DNA of 60,481 nucleotides, from assembly GCA_024643985.1 (NCBI GenBank), contig JAHELW010000003.1, positions 1 through 60,481 of the forward strand. Direction: 5' to 3'. Below, in pieces: positions 45,264-55,798 of the stretch. Each line of letters opens with the position of its first letter. The stretch's first letter is position 1. The translations under genes and the position numbers were made by a program. The notes beneath the pieces were generated by a model, which was given only the letters and a program-made list of their open reading frames with translations, ran no database searches and was not told where the DNA came from. The stretch comes from Myxococcales bacterium (lineage in GTDB: Bacteria; Myxococcota_A; Polyangia; Polyangiales; Houyiibacteriaceae).

Positions 45264-47429
45264 CTAGTCGTCGTGGATCAACGCGTCGAAGGCCCGGTTG
45301 ACGTCATCCATCGATTCCATGAGCAGGTTGTCCGCGGTGCCCGAAGGGCCGCCGAGGCGCCGCAAACGCTGACCAACCTCCCGGAATTGCGGCTCACGCT
45401 TGAACACGAACTCGTAGTGAAGGCGGGCTTGGTCGGTTAGGCCCGCCGCCTCGCAGGCCATCGCGAGCTCGTAGTGCAAACCGACGGTTTCGGCAGGCGT
45501 TTGCTCGGGGCTCTCGAGGCCGGATTGAAACGCTTCGATCGCGTCGTGCGGCTGGCCTTCCTCCATGTAGATGAGGCCGATCATCGTCCAACAGAGGCAG
45601 CGCCGACGGGGGTCGCCCATCGCGACCTGGAACTCCCGTCTGGCGTCTGGGAGAAGGCCCATCTCTTTGTATGCGATGCCGAGATCGAAGTGCGTGTCAC
45701 TGTCGTCCTCGCTCACCTGCTCGGCGACGCCCCTCTTGAACTGCTCGAAGACCGTCTCGACGTCGATCATCTCCGCGCCCTCGTCGATTGGCGCGATCTC
45801 GGCGACCTCGGCGAGCTCTTCGGCAAGCTTCTCTGCGAAGTCGAAACCTTCGTCTCCCGGTACGAGCTCCTGGTACTCCATTTCGAGCTCGGGCGGATCC
45901 GACGCGGCTGCTGGCATCGAAGACACGGCAGGGTGGAGTGGCTGCGCAACGGCCGAGACCCCGGAAGAGACGGCCGCGAGCTCTTCGATCTCACGGGCTT
46001 TGTCGAGCACCAGTGGGTGCGATGGAACCGTCAACTGCAGCTCGCTCACGATCGCTCGCGCCTGCGTGTAAAGGCCCTCCACCAGATACGAGTCGGCGAG
46101 CTCCAGCGTCTGCTCCATGAGGCTCGGGGCGATGGCGGCGGTGGCCGGCGCGACCTGCGAGCTCACGAGCGGGAGTGCGAGGAACTCGTCGTAGCTGATC
46201 GGGTTGAGGGCGCGCATCGGAATGACGCGTGCGCCGCCTCCGGGCGGTCGCATCGGAGCCGAAGGCTGGGACGTGTAGAGCTCCTCGACGTCGTAGGTCT
46301 CGTCCACCTCGATCGTGGCCTGCGAGATGTCGGGAAGTGAGCCTGTGAGAGTGCTGGTCTCTTCGACTTCTTCTTCCACGTACATGATTCCGGACGGCCC
46401 GCTCAAACCCGATGCGCTCGTCATCGAGTGCGCGGTCAGGTCGGGTTGGCTCATCTGCATCGAGGAGACCGAGCCAATCGATGGGACGGACTGACCCGTC
46501 ATGGGCGGCACGAAATGCTGACCCGACGCCGCCGCCGTCCGATCTAGTGCGGCGCGCGCCTCCTTGTCGTGCGGATTGAGCTCGAGAATTCGGTGTAGAG
46601 CGCTCATTCGTTCTCGCGGCCGAAGCGCCTCGCGATGGATGCGCGCGATCTCGCGGTAGACGCTGATCGCCTTGTCGGTCTGCTGCAACATCAAGAACGC
46701 CTCGGCCAAGAGAGACAGCGTCGAGACGTCGCGAGGGTCCGCCTTGAAGCAGATCTGCAGCTTGCCGAGCGCGCGTTTCGGATCGCGCCGAGCGATGTAA
46801 GTCTCGGCGAGCTCCTTCGCAATGCGCACGTCGTTACTGCGATGGTAGAGCAACCGCTCGGCGACCTTGATGTAGTCGTCGAGGCGTCCCTGATCTTTCA
46901 GGAGCTGCGCGCCCTGCTCGAACTCGACCGCCGCATCCTGCGTGCGGCCCGCGCGCGACAGCGCTTCGGCGTACTTGATTCGAACAGGGATGTGCTCGGG
47001 ATCCAAGTCGACCATCTTGCCGAGCATCCTCAGAGCTCCGTCGGTGTCGCCCGCGCGCATGTACCCGGTCGAGACGTCCTCGAAGACACTCATCGCGTCG
47101 CTGATCAGCTGGAGCTGCTCGTACATCTCCCCGAGCCTGACCTGCGCGTCGAGCCGCGAGGGGTCGAGCTTCAGAATCTGCTTGTACACGGCGATCGCTT
47201 TGAGGAAGAAACCCTGCGCCGCATAGTGGTCGGCCACCCCCTGGTACGTGTCGATCGCAGAGGCCCGATCGCCCTTGCGCACGAAGAGATCGCCGATCTT
47301 CAGCAGCGAGCGCACGTCGCGCTTGTCCGCGTCGACCAGCTTCCGGTACTGGGCGATGGCCTTGTCGTACTGGCCCCGAGACTGGTGCTTGCGCGCCGCC
47401 TCCAACACCTTGTTTCTGTTGATGCCCAA
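45264..47429 (-). CDS. sgmX: Large TPR protein, SgmX-like
   Basis: N-terminal TPR array (GQYDKAIAQYRKL...GFFLKAIAVYKQIL), low-complexity linker, C-terminal TPRs (THFDLGIAYKEMGL); lies downstream of accBC as in myxobacteria. Confidence 0.65.
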   Translation of the reverse strand: MGINRNKVLEAARKHQSRGQYDKAIAQYRKLVDADKRDVRSLLKIGDLFVRKGDRASAIDTYQGVADHYAAQGFFLKAIAVYKQILKLDPSRLDAQVRLGEMYEQLQLISDAMSVFEDVSTGYMRAGDTDGALRMLGKMVDLDPEHIPVRIKYAEALSRAGRTQDAAVEFEQGAQLLKDQGRLDDYIKVAERLLYHRSNDVRIAKELAETYIARRDPKRALGKLQICFKADPRDVSTLSLLAEAFLMLQQTDKAISVYREIARIHREALRPRERMSALHRILELNPHDKEARAALDRTAAASGQHFVPPMTGQSVPSIGSVSSMQMSQPDLTAHSMTSASGLSGPSGIMYVEEEVEETSTLTGSLPDISQATIEVDETYDVEELYTSQPSAPMRPPGGGARVIPMRALNPISYDEFLALPLVSSQVAPATAAIAPSLMEQTLELADSYLVEGLYTQARAIVSELQLTVPSHPLVLDKAREIEELAAVSSGVSAVAQPLHPAVSSMPAAASDPPELEMEYQELVPGDEGFDFAEKLAEELAEVAEIAPIDEGAEMIDVETVFEQFKRGVAEQVSEDDSDTHFDLGIAYKEMGLLPDARREFQVAMGDPRRRCLCWTMIGLIYMEEGQPHDAIEAFQSGLESPEQTPAETVGLHYELAMACEAAGLTDQARLHYEFVFKREPQFREVGQRLRRLGGPSGTADNLLMESMDDVNRAFDALIHDD

Positions 47430-47505
47430 AGCCCCTACGAAGCCCCCATACGTTCAGTGCCCCCACACAAGTCTACTCAGGCCGCACGGGGGCGGTCAAC
47501 AAGCC

Positions 47506-48840
47506 CTAACCCCGTAGGTCGTCGAGAAAGCGCGTTGAAATCCGGCCTTCCTCGAACGCAGGGTGCGCCAGAATCCGCCGATGAAGGGGAATGTTGGTGC
47601 GAATGCCGCCGATGATCGTTTCGCTGAGCGCTCGCTGCATCTTCGCGATCGCTTGCGGGCGTGTCGGTGCATGTGCGATGAGCTTGGCAACCAGCGGGTC
47701 GTAGTGGGGCGGCACGATGCCGCCGCCGTAGACCCCGCTGTCGACGCGCACTCCCGCCCCGCCCGCCATGTGAAGCTCGGTGATGACGCCGGGCCAGGGG
47801 ACGAACGTGTCCGGGTCCTCGGCGTTGATTCGGCATTCGATCGCGTGTCCCCTCGGAGAAAGCGGGGCGTCCCGGCGCTCGAGGCTCCCCCCCTCGGCGA
47901 TACGAATCTGCTCCAACACGAGGTCGATGCCCATGACGAGCTCGGTGACCGGGTGCTCCACCTGGATGCGGGGATTCATCTCGAGAAACGTGAGCGCGCC
48001 GCTCTCGTCGAGAAGAAACTCGAGCGTGCCCGCGGAAAGATAGCCCGCCTCGCCCATCGCCCGGCGAATCGTCGCGGACATGTCGCCTCGCTGCTCGTCG
48101 GTGAGTGCGACGCTCGGCGCTTCTTCGAGGACCTTTTGATGCCTGCGCTGAATGGAGCATTCGCGCTCTCCGAGAACGTGGATGTTGCCGTCCGCGTCGC
48201 CGAGGATCTGGAACTCGATGTGCCGAGGGCGTTCGAGATAGCGCTCGAAGTAGAGGGCGTCGCTGCCGAACGCCGCGAGCGACTCGGCTTTGGCGGTCTC
48301 GAATGAAGCGCGCACTTCCTCGGCGGTGCGAAGGACCTGCATGCCGCGCCCGCCGCCGCCGCCCGACGCCTTGAGAAGGACCGGAAAGCCGAGCGCCTCG
48401 GCCTTCGTCACCGCGTCCTCGACGTCCTCGATCAGCGCGCTGCCTTCGAGGATGGGCAACCCGAGAGACTTCGCGAGCGACCGCGCCCGGACCTTGTCGC
48501 CCCACTGCCGCATTTGCTCGGGAAGCGGGCCGATGAAGCGAAGCCCGCACTGAGCGCAGGTTTCCGCGAACTCGGGATTTTCCGAAAGGAAGCCGTACCC
48601 CGGGTGGATCGCGTCGGCACCCGTGATTTCTGCTGCCGCGATGATCGCCGGAATGTGTAGGTAGCTTCGAGAGGGTTCCGCCGGCCCGATGCAGATCGCC
48701 TCGTCCGCCAGCCGCGTGTGAAGCGCATCGGCGTCGACCTCGCTGTGGACGGCTACCGTTCCGAGACCGCGCTCTTTGCACGAGCGAATCACGCGCAGCG
48801 CGATTTCTCCCCGGTTTGCGATCAGGACTTTGTCGAACAC
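47506..48840 (-). CDS. accC: Acetyl-CoA carboxylase biotin carboxylase
   Basis: KVLIANRGEIA, HPGYGFLSEN, GGGGRGM, ERECSIQRRHQK. Confidence 0.95.
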   Translation of the reverse strand: MFDKVLIANRGEIALRVIRSCKERGLGTVAVHSEVDADALHTRLADEAICIGPAEPSRSYLHIPAIIAAAEITGADAIHPGYGFLSENPEFAETCAQCGLRFIGPLPEQMRQWGDKVRARSLAKSLGLPILEGSALIEDVEDAVTKAEALGFPVLLKASGGGGGRGMQVLRTAEEVRASFETAKAESLAAFGSDALYFERYLERPRHIEFQILGDADGNIHVLGERECSIQRRHQKVLEEAPSVALTDEQRGDMSATIRRAMGEAGYLSAGTLEFLLDESGALTFLEMNPRIQVEHPVTELVMGIDLVLEQIRIAEGGSLERRDAPLSPRGHAIECRINAEDPDTFVPWPGVITELHMAGGAGVRVDSGVYGGGIVPPHYDPLVAKLIAHAPTRPQAIAKMQRALSETIIGGIRTNIPLHRRILAHPAFEEGRISTRFLDDLRG

Positions 48841-48841
48841 G

Positions 48842-49288
48842 TCAGGTCGTTTCGATTCGGAAGAGACGGTCGCCGTACTCCACGGGCTTTCCGTTCTCGA
48901 CGAGCACCTCGACCACCGTTCCGGCAGCCTCTGCCTCGATCTCGTTCATGAGCTTCATGGCTTCGACGATGCAAAGGACCTGCCCGGGAGTCACCTGGTC
49001 GCCAACGTCGACGAATGGATCTGCGTCGGGCGACGGCGATCGGTAAAACGTTCCCACGAATGGCGACGTGACGTAGGTCGACCCTTCCTCGGCGGCCGGC
49101 GGAGGCCCGGCTTGCGCTGCATCGGCGCGTGCCGGGGACGCGGCCTCTGCAACCGCGGCGCCCGCAGCCGCTGCGGGATCGCGGCGAACCCGGATGCGGT
49201 CGTCGTCGTGCTCGACTTCGATCTCGGTGAGATTCGCCTCGTCGAGGAGTCGAATGAGCTCGCGCAGTTGCTCAAGGTCCAGTTTCAT
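48842..49288 (-). CDS. accB: Biotin carboxyl carrier protein
   Basis: [20 protein letters not shown]. Confidence 0.95.
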   Translation of the reverse strand: MKLDLEQLRELIRLLDEANLTEIEVEHDDDRIRVRRDPAAAAGAAVAEAASPARADAAQAGPPPAAEEGSTYVTSPFVGTFYRSPSPDADPFVDVGDQVTPGQVLCIVEAMKLMNEIEAEAAGTVVEVLVENGKPVEYGDRLFRIETT

Positions 49289-49310
49289 GGTCCGTCCCCG
49301 CGGAAAAAAC

Positions 49311-49766
49311 TCAGCCGGCAGCGTTCAAATAGTCGATCAGCGCACGGAGACCAAGCGTGTAGCTGTTCTTTCCGAAACCGATGACCGAGCCGATACACAC
49401 GGCAGCCGTGACGGACTGGTGACGGAACGACTCTCGCGCGTGCGTATTCGAGATGTGAACCTCGACGGTCGGTAGGCCCGCCGCGGCGATGCCATCGCGG
49501 AGCGAAACCGAGGTATGCGTGAGCCCGCCCGGATTGATGACGACGCCATCGAACGAGTCGCGCGCATCGTGCAGCCAGTCGAGCAGCTGCCCCTCCTGGT
49601 TGGACTGGCGGCACTCGACCGTGGCGCCGAGGTCTTTGGCCAAGTCGGCGAGCTCATCGGCGATGTCATCCAGCGTGGTCGAGCCGTACACGTCGGGCTC
49701 GCGCGTCCCGAGCAGGTTGAGATTGGGCCCGTTGAGCACCAGGATGCGTTTCACCGCGGCGGCCAT
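49311..49766 (-). CDS. aroQ: Type II 3-dehydroquinate dehydratase
   Basis: [34 protein letters not shown]...RESFRH. Confidence 0.95.
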   Translation of the reverse strand: MAAAVKRILVLNGPNLNLLGTREPDVYGSTTLDDIADELADLAKDLGATVECRQSNQEGQLLDWLHDARDSFDGVVINPGGLTHTSVSLRDGIAAAGLPTVEVHISNTHARESFRHQSVTAAVCIGSVIGFGKNSYTLGLRALIDYLNAAG

Positions 49767-49770
49767 CGCG

Positions 49771-50127
49771 TCACAGGTTTTCGATGATCGCGGGCGCGCT
49801 GGCTCGCAAGAGGTAGCGTGCCTTGCCCACGTTTCCTCCGGGTGCGACCGCGAGCGCGACGAAGTACTCCTCGGTGAGCATGCGCACGACCGTCGTGAGC
49901 CTCTCCGTCCGGACCGAAACCTCTTCGGTCTCGCCGGCATCGAGCATCTCGGCGGCGCGCTGCACGCCTTTGAGCACCACGCTGTACTCCATGCCAACCG
50001 ATTCGATGTCGAATGGACCGTCGCCCGTCGAGTACTGGTCGATCGCGATCCCATCCGAGGCCATCAAAAGCCCGGCTACTCCGCCATTGGTTCGTTCGAC
50101 CAGGTCCTGCAGGATCTCTTTGAACAT
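49771..50127 (-). CDS. mglC: Roadblock/LC7 protein, MglC-like
   Basis: 118 aa; [10 protein letters not shown]...[11 protein letters not shown]; located upstream of accB-accC-TPR gene. Confidence 0.65.
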   Translation of the reverse strand: MFKEILQDLVERTNGGVAGLLMASDGIAIDQYSTGDGPFDIESVGMEYSVVLKGVQRAAEMLDAGETEEVSVRTERLTTVVRMLTEEYFVALAVAPGGNVGKARYLLRASAPAIIENL

Positions 50128-50169
50128 CGCCCCTCCGCCCGGCAATCACCGCACGGACGGAGCCTTCGG

Positions 50170-51654
50170 TCAAGTATCGCGTCTGGCGATTGCCTCGGCG
50201 GTGCGGACGCCACCGAGCGCCACCGCGAGCGTGCTTTGACCGAGCAGCACGGAGTCCCCGACGGCGTAGAGCCCGCGCTCCGCCTCGCGCGGCCAAAGCG
50301 AACGCGGCCGGTAGTGCTGAAGCCCGACACGCCTCGGCACGCCTCCAACGTAGCCGAGATGGCGGCCCGTGAATCGCTCGAAGGTCCGGGGACTCGCCGT
50401 CGTCTCGAATTGCTTGCCTCTCCAGAGCCGCGGCGCCCGCTTCCGGAGCGTCTCTCTCATTTTCTCTTGAATCGCGGCCACGTACTCGCCCTGCTCATCG
50501 GCCGAAAGGCTTCGAAGCTTCTTCATGGGAACGTGGGTCGACACGGTCACCGTGCGCTGACCCGGCGGGGCGCGTTCGGTTTCCCGGCCCGAGCTCACCG
50601 AGCAAAAGACGTGATTGCCCTCCGTGAAAGGAGCGGAGCGATCGTCGATGAGCTGGAGGTGGTGGGCGGCCTCGCGCTCGGCCGCGTCGGCGTCGATGGC
50701 GAGGTAGAGCATCGCTGCGCCCCAGCCGTCCTCCACGGCCTGCTCGACGTCGCGTAGGGCTCCGTTGAGCTCCGGCGTGACGAGCTTCGACATCGTCTGA
50801 GGGAGCACGTTGGCCACCACGGTCGACGCGAGGATTTCGCCCTTTCGCGTCTGGAGGCGCCAGACGCCGTCGTCCCGCCGGATGCCTTTCACCCGGTTCG
50901 CGAGCGACACTCGGCCGCCGGCTTGCTGAATCGCATCGACCAAGGCCCACGCCAAGTGCCCGATGCCGCCGTGCACGTGTCCCGTCCCGCGAAAGAAGTA
51001 GTCCACCGCTGCCATCGCGAACGGAGCCTCCGCGTCGCCGGCGTGGGTCTGCACGGTGATTTGGCTCACCGCATCGAGGTAGATCCGCAGCGGCTCCCAG
51101 TCCTCTAGGCGATGATGAGCAACGACGTCACCGAGCGACTTCCGCATCCACCGAAGCACCGGAGCGTACGACGGAGACCGCTTGAGGTGCTTCAAGATCG
51201 ACGCGCCGCTGAACGGAGGCAGCAGTGACGGGTCGTCGAAGAGCTTCCAAAGCGCGTCCGCTACCTCGCGCTGCGTGTGAAAGAAGCCCTCGAGCGCGTC
51301 TGCGTCCGCACCTGGAAGCTCGAGCAACCTACGCTGAAGCTCGTTCGGGTCGGGCGGAATGGCGAGCGACCACTGGTCGGTTCTCATCTCGACGAGCGGG
51401 TCGAGCGTCTCGAACTGGAGACCGAGGCTCCACTTGTCGTTCCAGTTGGAAAAAAGCTGACCTTCACCGAGGCCCGAGAACAAGGTCGCGCCGGCTTCGA
51501 ACTGATAGCCGTTCCGCGTGAACGTGCTGGCGCACCCACCGGGATATCTAAGCGTTTCGCACAGCGTCACGTCGGCCCCGAGCTCGGCGAGCCGCAGCGC
51601 CGCCGCGAGCCCGCCGAAACCTGCCCCCACGACGGCGACATCGGCGCTCTGCAT
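50170..51654 (-). CDS. FAD-dependent oxidoreductase, phytoene desaturase / CrtD-like family
   Basis: VVGAGFGGL, PGGCASTF...FEAGATL, ASPRTFERFT...GYVGG, GLYAVGDS. Confidence 0.8.
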   Translation of the reverse strand: MQSADVAVVGAGFGGLAAALRLAELGADVTLCETLRYPGGCASTFTRNGYQFEAGATLFSGLGEGQLFSNWNDKWSLGLQFETLDPLVEMRTDQWSLAIPPDPNELQRRLLELPGADADALEGFFHTQREVADALWKLFDDPSLLPPFSGASILKHLKRSPSYAPVLRWMRKSLGDVVAHHRLEDWEPLRIYLDAVSQITVQTHAGDAEAPFAMAAVDYFFRGTGHVHGGIGHLAWALVDAIQQAGGRVSLANRVKGIRRDDGVWRLQTRKGEILASTVVANVLPQTMSKLVTPELNGALRDVEQAVEDGWGAAMLYLAIDADAAEREAAHHLQLIDDRSAPFTEGNHVFCSVSSGRETERAPPGQRTVTVSTHVPMKKLRSLSADEQGEYVAAIQEKMRETLRKRAPRLWRGKQFETTASPRTFERFTGRHLGYVGGVPRRVGLQHYRPRSLWPREAERGLYAVGDSVLLGQSTLAVALGGVRTAEAIARRDT

Positions 51655-51664
51655 CCCTCGGTCT

Positions 51665-53068
51665 CTAGGGTTGACCGGCGGCCTGTCCAGAGCGGCGGAG
51701 GACGGCGGTCAGACCGCCGCCCGGCGTCTCCCGGAGCTCGAGCTCGAGCCGATGACGCTTGGCGACGTCGCTCACGATGTGCAGCCCGAGCCCCATCCCA
51801 TGCGGATGCCTCGTTCGCGCGGCGCTGCCGCGAAAGGAAGGCTCGAGGACGCGCGCGCGCTCTTGCTCCGGGATTCCGGGCCCGTCATCGATGACCTCGA
51901 GCGCCCACGAATCGGTGTCCCCCCGAAGCACGACGGCCACGTGGCGTCCCGCCCGATTGTAGCGCACCGCGTTTTGAACGAGGTTTCCAAGCGCCTGCTC
52001 GAGCAGCGTCAGATCCCCGAGCAGCGTCACCGGCTTTTCTGGGGCGGCCATCTCGAGGGCGATTTGCTTGCGGCTGGCAACGGGACGGTGGCGGTCGACC
52101 ACCCGTTCGACCAGACGGTTGAGGTCAACCTCGTTCTCGTGCGCGAGCCCAGTCGAAGCTTCGAGCCGCGCAGCCGCGTTGAGATTGTGCAGGAGCGAGC
52201 CGAGATACTGCGACTCCTCGATGCTCGGCAGCATGGCTTTCGGGTCGAGGGTTTCGCCGGCTTCGATTCGCTGCTGGAGCGACACGAGGTGCCCTTGCAG
52301 GACGCTCAGCGGGAGCATGACGTCGTGGGTCGTGTTCGCGATGTAGTTGCGAAGCGCGGCCTCTCGATCGCGGAGAGACGCGAGCTGAGCTTGAATCGTT
52401 TGGCGGCTCTGCTCGAAGGCGGCGCCGAGCTCGGCGATCTCGTCGTTTCCGTCGACGTGAATCGGTTCTTCCGCGCCGGCGCCGAGCTGTCGAACCGCCT
52501 CGGTGAGCTGGCGCACGCGGCCCACGATCGGCCCTGCCGCGAAGAGCGCCACGAGGATGACCACCAGTGCGACGACGAAGGCCGGCATGAGCACGGCTCC
52601 CGAGAACCACGGCGGCGGCCCTTTGGCGCGGATCAGAACGATCGCGCAGGGTCCTTCGCTCCACGGCATTCGCACCGCCACCTGAGCGCGCTGGTGAGCC
52701 GCCGAGCGCGTCGCAGCCACGTCGTCCCCCGTGTCGAGCCGTCGCGCGAGCTCGGGTGGAAACGGCGGGCTCGACGGGTTGCGGCTCTGATAGCTCGCGT
52801 CGTACGCGAAGAAGCGGGGGCGCGGGAACGGATGTCGCGCCGAGGGCGGTCTTCGGCGCGCTTCCCGGCCGCGACGCGCCGTCGGCCAGGATTCCGGCCG
52901 GGCCTCGCAGCGAGTGCGTCCGCCTGACTCCATGCGGTGCACCGCGGCTTCCGCGAGCGCCTCGACGCGCATCTGGGAGTACCAGCGAGACTGCGCCCAG
53001 CCCAGGGCAACGAGCACGGCAATCGTTGCGACGCCCAACGTCAGAGCCAGTCGGGTGCGAAGCTTCAT
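51665..53068 (-). CDS. Sensor histidine kinase (2 TM, HAMP, HisKA, HATPase)
   Basis: DEIAELG (HAMP), THDVMLPL (H-box), NLVQNAVRY, DDGPGI, GLGL. ATGA overlap with the response regulator. Confidence 0.88.
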   Translation of the reverse strand: MKLRTRLALTLGVATIAVLVALGWAQSRWYSQMRVEALAEAAVHRMESGGRTRCEARPESWPTARRGREARRRPPSARHPFPRPRFFAYDASYQSRNPSSPPFPPELARRLDTGDDVAATRSAAHQRAQVAVRMPWSEGPCAIVLIRAKGPPPWFSGAVLMPAFVVALVVILVALFAAGPIVGRVRQLTEAVRQLGAGAEEPIHVDGNDEIAELGAAFEQSRQTIQAQLASLRDREAALRNYIANTTHDVMLPLSVLQGHLVSLQQRIEAGETLDPKAMLPSIEESQYLGSLLHNLNAAARLEASTGLAHENEVDLNRLVERVVDRHRPVASRKQIALEMAAPEKPVTLLGDLTLLEQALGNLVQNAVRYNRAGRHVAVVLRGDTDSWALEVIDDGPGIPEQERARVLEPSFRGSAARTRHPHGMGLGLHIVSDVAKRHRLELELRETPGGGLTAVLRRSGQAAGQP

Positions 53069-53733
53069 GTCTCTTCTGACAGCCGGTAGCCGATGCCCCA
53101 AACCGTTTCCAGCTGTGACGCCGCGTCCCCGAGCTTGTTGCGAAGCCTGGAGATGTGAACGTCGAGCGTGCGCCGGCTCGAGTCTTGCGCGGGGTCGAGC
53201 GCGGCTTCTACGAGCGCGTCCCGCGTGACCGCAGCGCCTTTGCGGCGCGCGAGGGCCGCGAGGATCTCGAGCTCTACGGGCGTGAGCGAAAGCGCGCTGC
53301 CGTTCGCGGTTACCTCCCTGCGCTCGAGGTCCACGACGATGGCGCCCACGACGAGGCGCTCGGTGTTCGAGAGATTCGGGCGGCGTAGACATGCCTGGAC
53401 ACGCGCCAGCAGCTCTTCGGGAAAGAACGGCTTGGTCACGTAGTCGTCGGCACCGAGCTGAAGACCGCGAATCTTGTCGGCCGTGTCGTCGCGTGCGCTG
53501 AGGATCAACACGGGTACCTCCGATTTCGCGCGGTACAGCTTCAGAAGGTCCATTCCGTAGGTGCCGGGCAGCATCAGGTCCAAAACGATGAGGCGGTAGT
53601 CGTCGGGCCGAAGCTCGCGTGCGTCATCACCGTCTTGGACCCAGTGCGCCTCGAATCCTGCGTCGTGGAGCGAGTCCACCACTTGTCGACCAAGCGCGGC
53701 GTCGTCTTCCACGAGCAGGATACGATTGGACAC
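53065..53733 (-). CDS. OmpR/PhoB-family response regulator
   Basis: LLVEDD, LDLMLP, GADDYVTKPF, RTLDVHISRLR, TVWGIGY. Confidence 0.93.
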   Translation of the reverse strand: MSNRILLVEDDAALGRQVVDSLHDAGFEAHWVQDGDDARELRPDDYRLIVLDLMLPGTYGMDLLKLYRAKSEVPVLILSARDDTADKIRGLQLGADDYVTKPFFPEELLARVQACLRRPNLSNTERLVVGAIVVDLERREVTANGSALSLTPVELEILAALARRKGAAVTRDALVEAALDPAQDSSRRTLDVHISRLRNKLGDAASQLETVWGIGYRLSEET

Positions 53734-53746
53734 TGGGTTGTTTCTC

Positions 53747-54184
53747 TTACTGATCCGAGCCGTGGCGACGTTCGAACCGCTTCTCCATCATCTCGGCCCT
53801 TTTTTCGCGCTTCAGGACCCGCAGCTCCTCGCGCTGCTCGCAGCTCAGGTTGGCATAGATCTGATCTTCGGTCGCGAAACGGAGGTCGCGGAATGCGACG
53901 AACTTCTCTTTGCCGCGGGGCATCTCTCGGATCTCCTCGGCTCGGGTCTTCGCGCCCTCCGCGATGGTCCGGACCTGCGTCTCCTGAGCCTGGCTGAGGT
54001 CGAGTCGCTCGACCATTTCCTCCAGGAATTGGTTGATCTTCTCCTCGGACCACGGGCCGCCCTTGCCGTGAGGGCCGCCGGGGCCCCCTCCGTGTGCGAG
54101 CGCGACACCGCTCGCCGTCAGCGCCAGAGCCGAAACGCCGCCCACGAGCGCCGCGATGATCGTCTGCTTGTTGATGAGCTTCAT
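53747..54184 (-). CDS. Spy/CpxP-like periplasmic protein
   Basis: Signal peptide, Gly-rich linker, LDLSQAQ and LSCEQR (LTxxQ-like) motifs; first gene of the two-component operon. Confidence 0.7.
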   Translation of the reverse strand: MKLINKQTIIAALVGGVSALALTASGVALAHGGGPGGPHGKGGPWSEEKINQFLEEMVERLDLSQAQETQVRTIAEGAKTRAEEIREMPRGKEKFVAFRDLRFATEDQIYANLSCEQREELRVLKREKRAEMMEKRFERRHGSDQ

Positions 54185-54300
54185 GATTCGTTCCTTTCCG
54201 GGGATTTCGTTTCCCTCATGAAGTAAACGGCCCGAACCTTACGTGACTCTTAACCAGGGCGATTTTTCGCTCGGCGGTGGGCTTTTTGGGCTAGCTTTCG

Positions 54301-55032
54301 GTGGTGGCGCGCTCGTTTCTCGTGCTCGACATCGAGACGGTCCCCGACCCGGAGCTGGTTTGGGACGCCGCCGTCGATGGCTTTCCGCCTGCGCCATTTC
54401 ATCAAGTGGTGGCCCTCGGCGTGCTGTGGCTCGACGGCGACCACGCGTTTCGAAAGCTCGGAGCATTCGGCGGGGAAGAAGACTCTCCGCCTGACGAGTC
54501 GAAGGTGCTCGAGGAGTTTGCCGACTTCATCGGAGAGCGACACCCGACGATGGTGACTTTCAACGGGCGACGTTTCGACCTGCCCGTGCTGGCCAACCGC
54601 ATGCTAAGGCACGGCGTCCCGTTCCCTGCGTATTACGCCGGGCGAAGCGGTCGGCTCGACTACCGCTATCGGTACAGCGACGAGGGCCACCTCGACCTCG
54701 CGGACGTTCTCACCGACTTTGGCGCGAGCCGAATGCCGAGCCTCGACGCCCTCGCGCAGCTCGTGGGCATGCCGGGGAAGATGGGCGTGGACGGCTCGAA
54801 GGTCCAAAGCATGTACGAGCACGGCCGCCATGCCGAGATCCGAGACTACTGTTTGCACGATGTCGTTCAGACCACATTCGTCTTTCTGCGTGCCGAGCTC
54901 CTGCGCGGCCGGATGACCCGGGACGAATACCGTGCCCGGGCCCGCTCGCTTTGGGAGGCCCTCGAAAAGGACGCTCGCGTCGCCGCGGTCTTGGAGCAGG
55001 CGGACAGCGCCCGTGTGCTTCTAAGCGACTGA
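54301..55032 (+). CDS. PolB-like stand-alone 3'-5' exonuclease
   Basis: LDIETVPD, VTFNGRRFDLPVL, HLDLAD, YCLHDV (DEDD set). Confidence 0.85.
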   Translation: MVARSFLVLDIETVPDPELVWDAAVDGFPPAPFHQVVALGVLWLDGDHAFRKLGAFGGEEDSPPDESKVLEEFADFIGERHPTMVTFNGRRFDLPVLANRMLRHGVPFPAYYAGRSGRLDYRYRYSDEGHLDLADVLTDFGASRMPSLDALAQLVGMPGKMGVDGSKVQSMYEHGRHAEIRDYCLHDVVQTTFVFLRAELLRGRMTRDEYRARARSLWEALEKDARVAAVLEQADSARVLLSD

Positions 55033-55161
55033 AATCACGCAGTTTTGGCCGCCGCGCCTCTTTTTCTTCGTCGCTTAAGAAGTCGGCAAGGTCTTCGCTC
55101 GTCGAAGGGGTGAACCGCGGGGGCGACCTCGCACTCACTCAAACGGAAAGACGAGGAAACC

Positions 55162-55776
55162 ATGCGAGCACTACTTCATCTTGGATTGTTTGCGTTTGCG
55201 TTCGCATTCGTGAGTCAGGCCTCTGCGGACGACGACGATCGCGGTCGTAAGCGAGGACGCAAACATCACACGACCGTCGTCATTGCGCCGGAGCCTGCGC
55301 CCCGGGTCGTGCGGCCCGTGCGTGTTGTGCACACACCGAGACCCCCTGCCTATGACTGGCGGTACGGACGCCATGAGCGGCCCGACTTCGTCGGGGCGCG
55401 GCAGGAGCTCTACGAGCAGCGGCGGGATCACGATCGGATCGTTCGACTGGTCAATCGCTGGGAGGAGGCGAGCGCGTATGGCAATCCGCACGCGCAGCGC
55501 AACGTCGAATGGCGCGTCGACGGATGGATCGAGCGAGAAATCGCGGAGTCGAGCCGGCGACGCGGAAACGGCCGCTACGTGCTGCGCCTTCATGAGCTGC
55601 GCCGTCAGCTTTGGACGACACACCGTTGGCATCCGCGTGGGCACGCTCGCCACCGCCGAAACGCCCACAAGGCAAGGGTCCTCGGCGAGCTCGTCGTGCT
55701 TTCGGAAAACCAGCTGCGGCGTGCTCGAGCGCTCGTTCGATCGGCCCGGCCCGCCGCGGTTGCCTACTACCGTTGA
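55162..55776 (+). CDS. Hypothetical secreted Arg/His-rich protein
   Basis: GAGG RBS, signal peptide ending ASA-DD; followed by a terminator. Confidence 0.55.
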   Translation: MRALLHLGLFAFAFAFVSQASADDDDRGRKRGRKHHTTVVIAPEPAPRVVRPVRVVHTPRPPAYDWRYGRHERPDFVGARQELYEQRRDHDRIVRLVNRWEEASAYGNPHAQRNVEWRVDGWIEREIAESSRRRGNGRYVLRLHELRRQLWTTHRWHPRGHARHRRNAHKARVLGELVVLSENQLRRARALVRSARPAAVAYYR

Positions 55777-55798
55777 ACGTGCGGCTCTGCTGAAAGAG

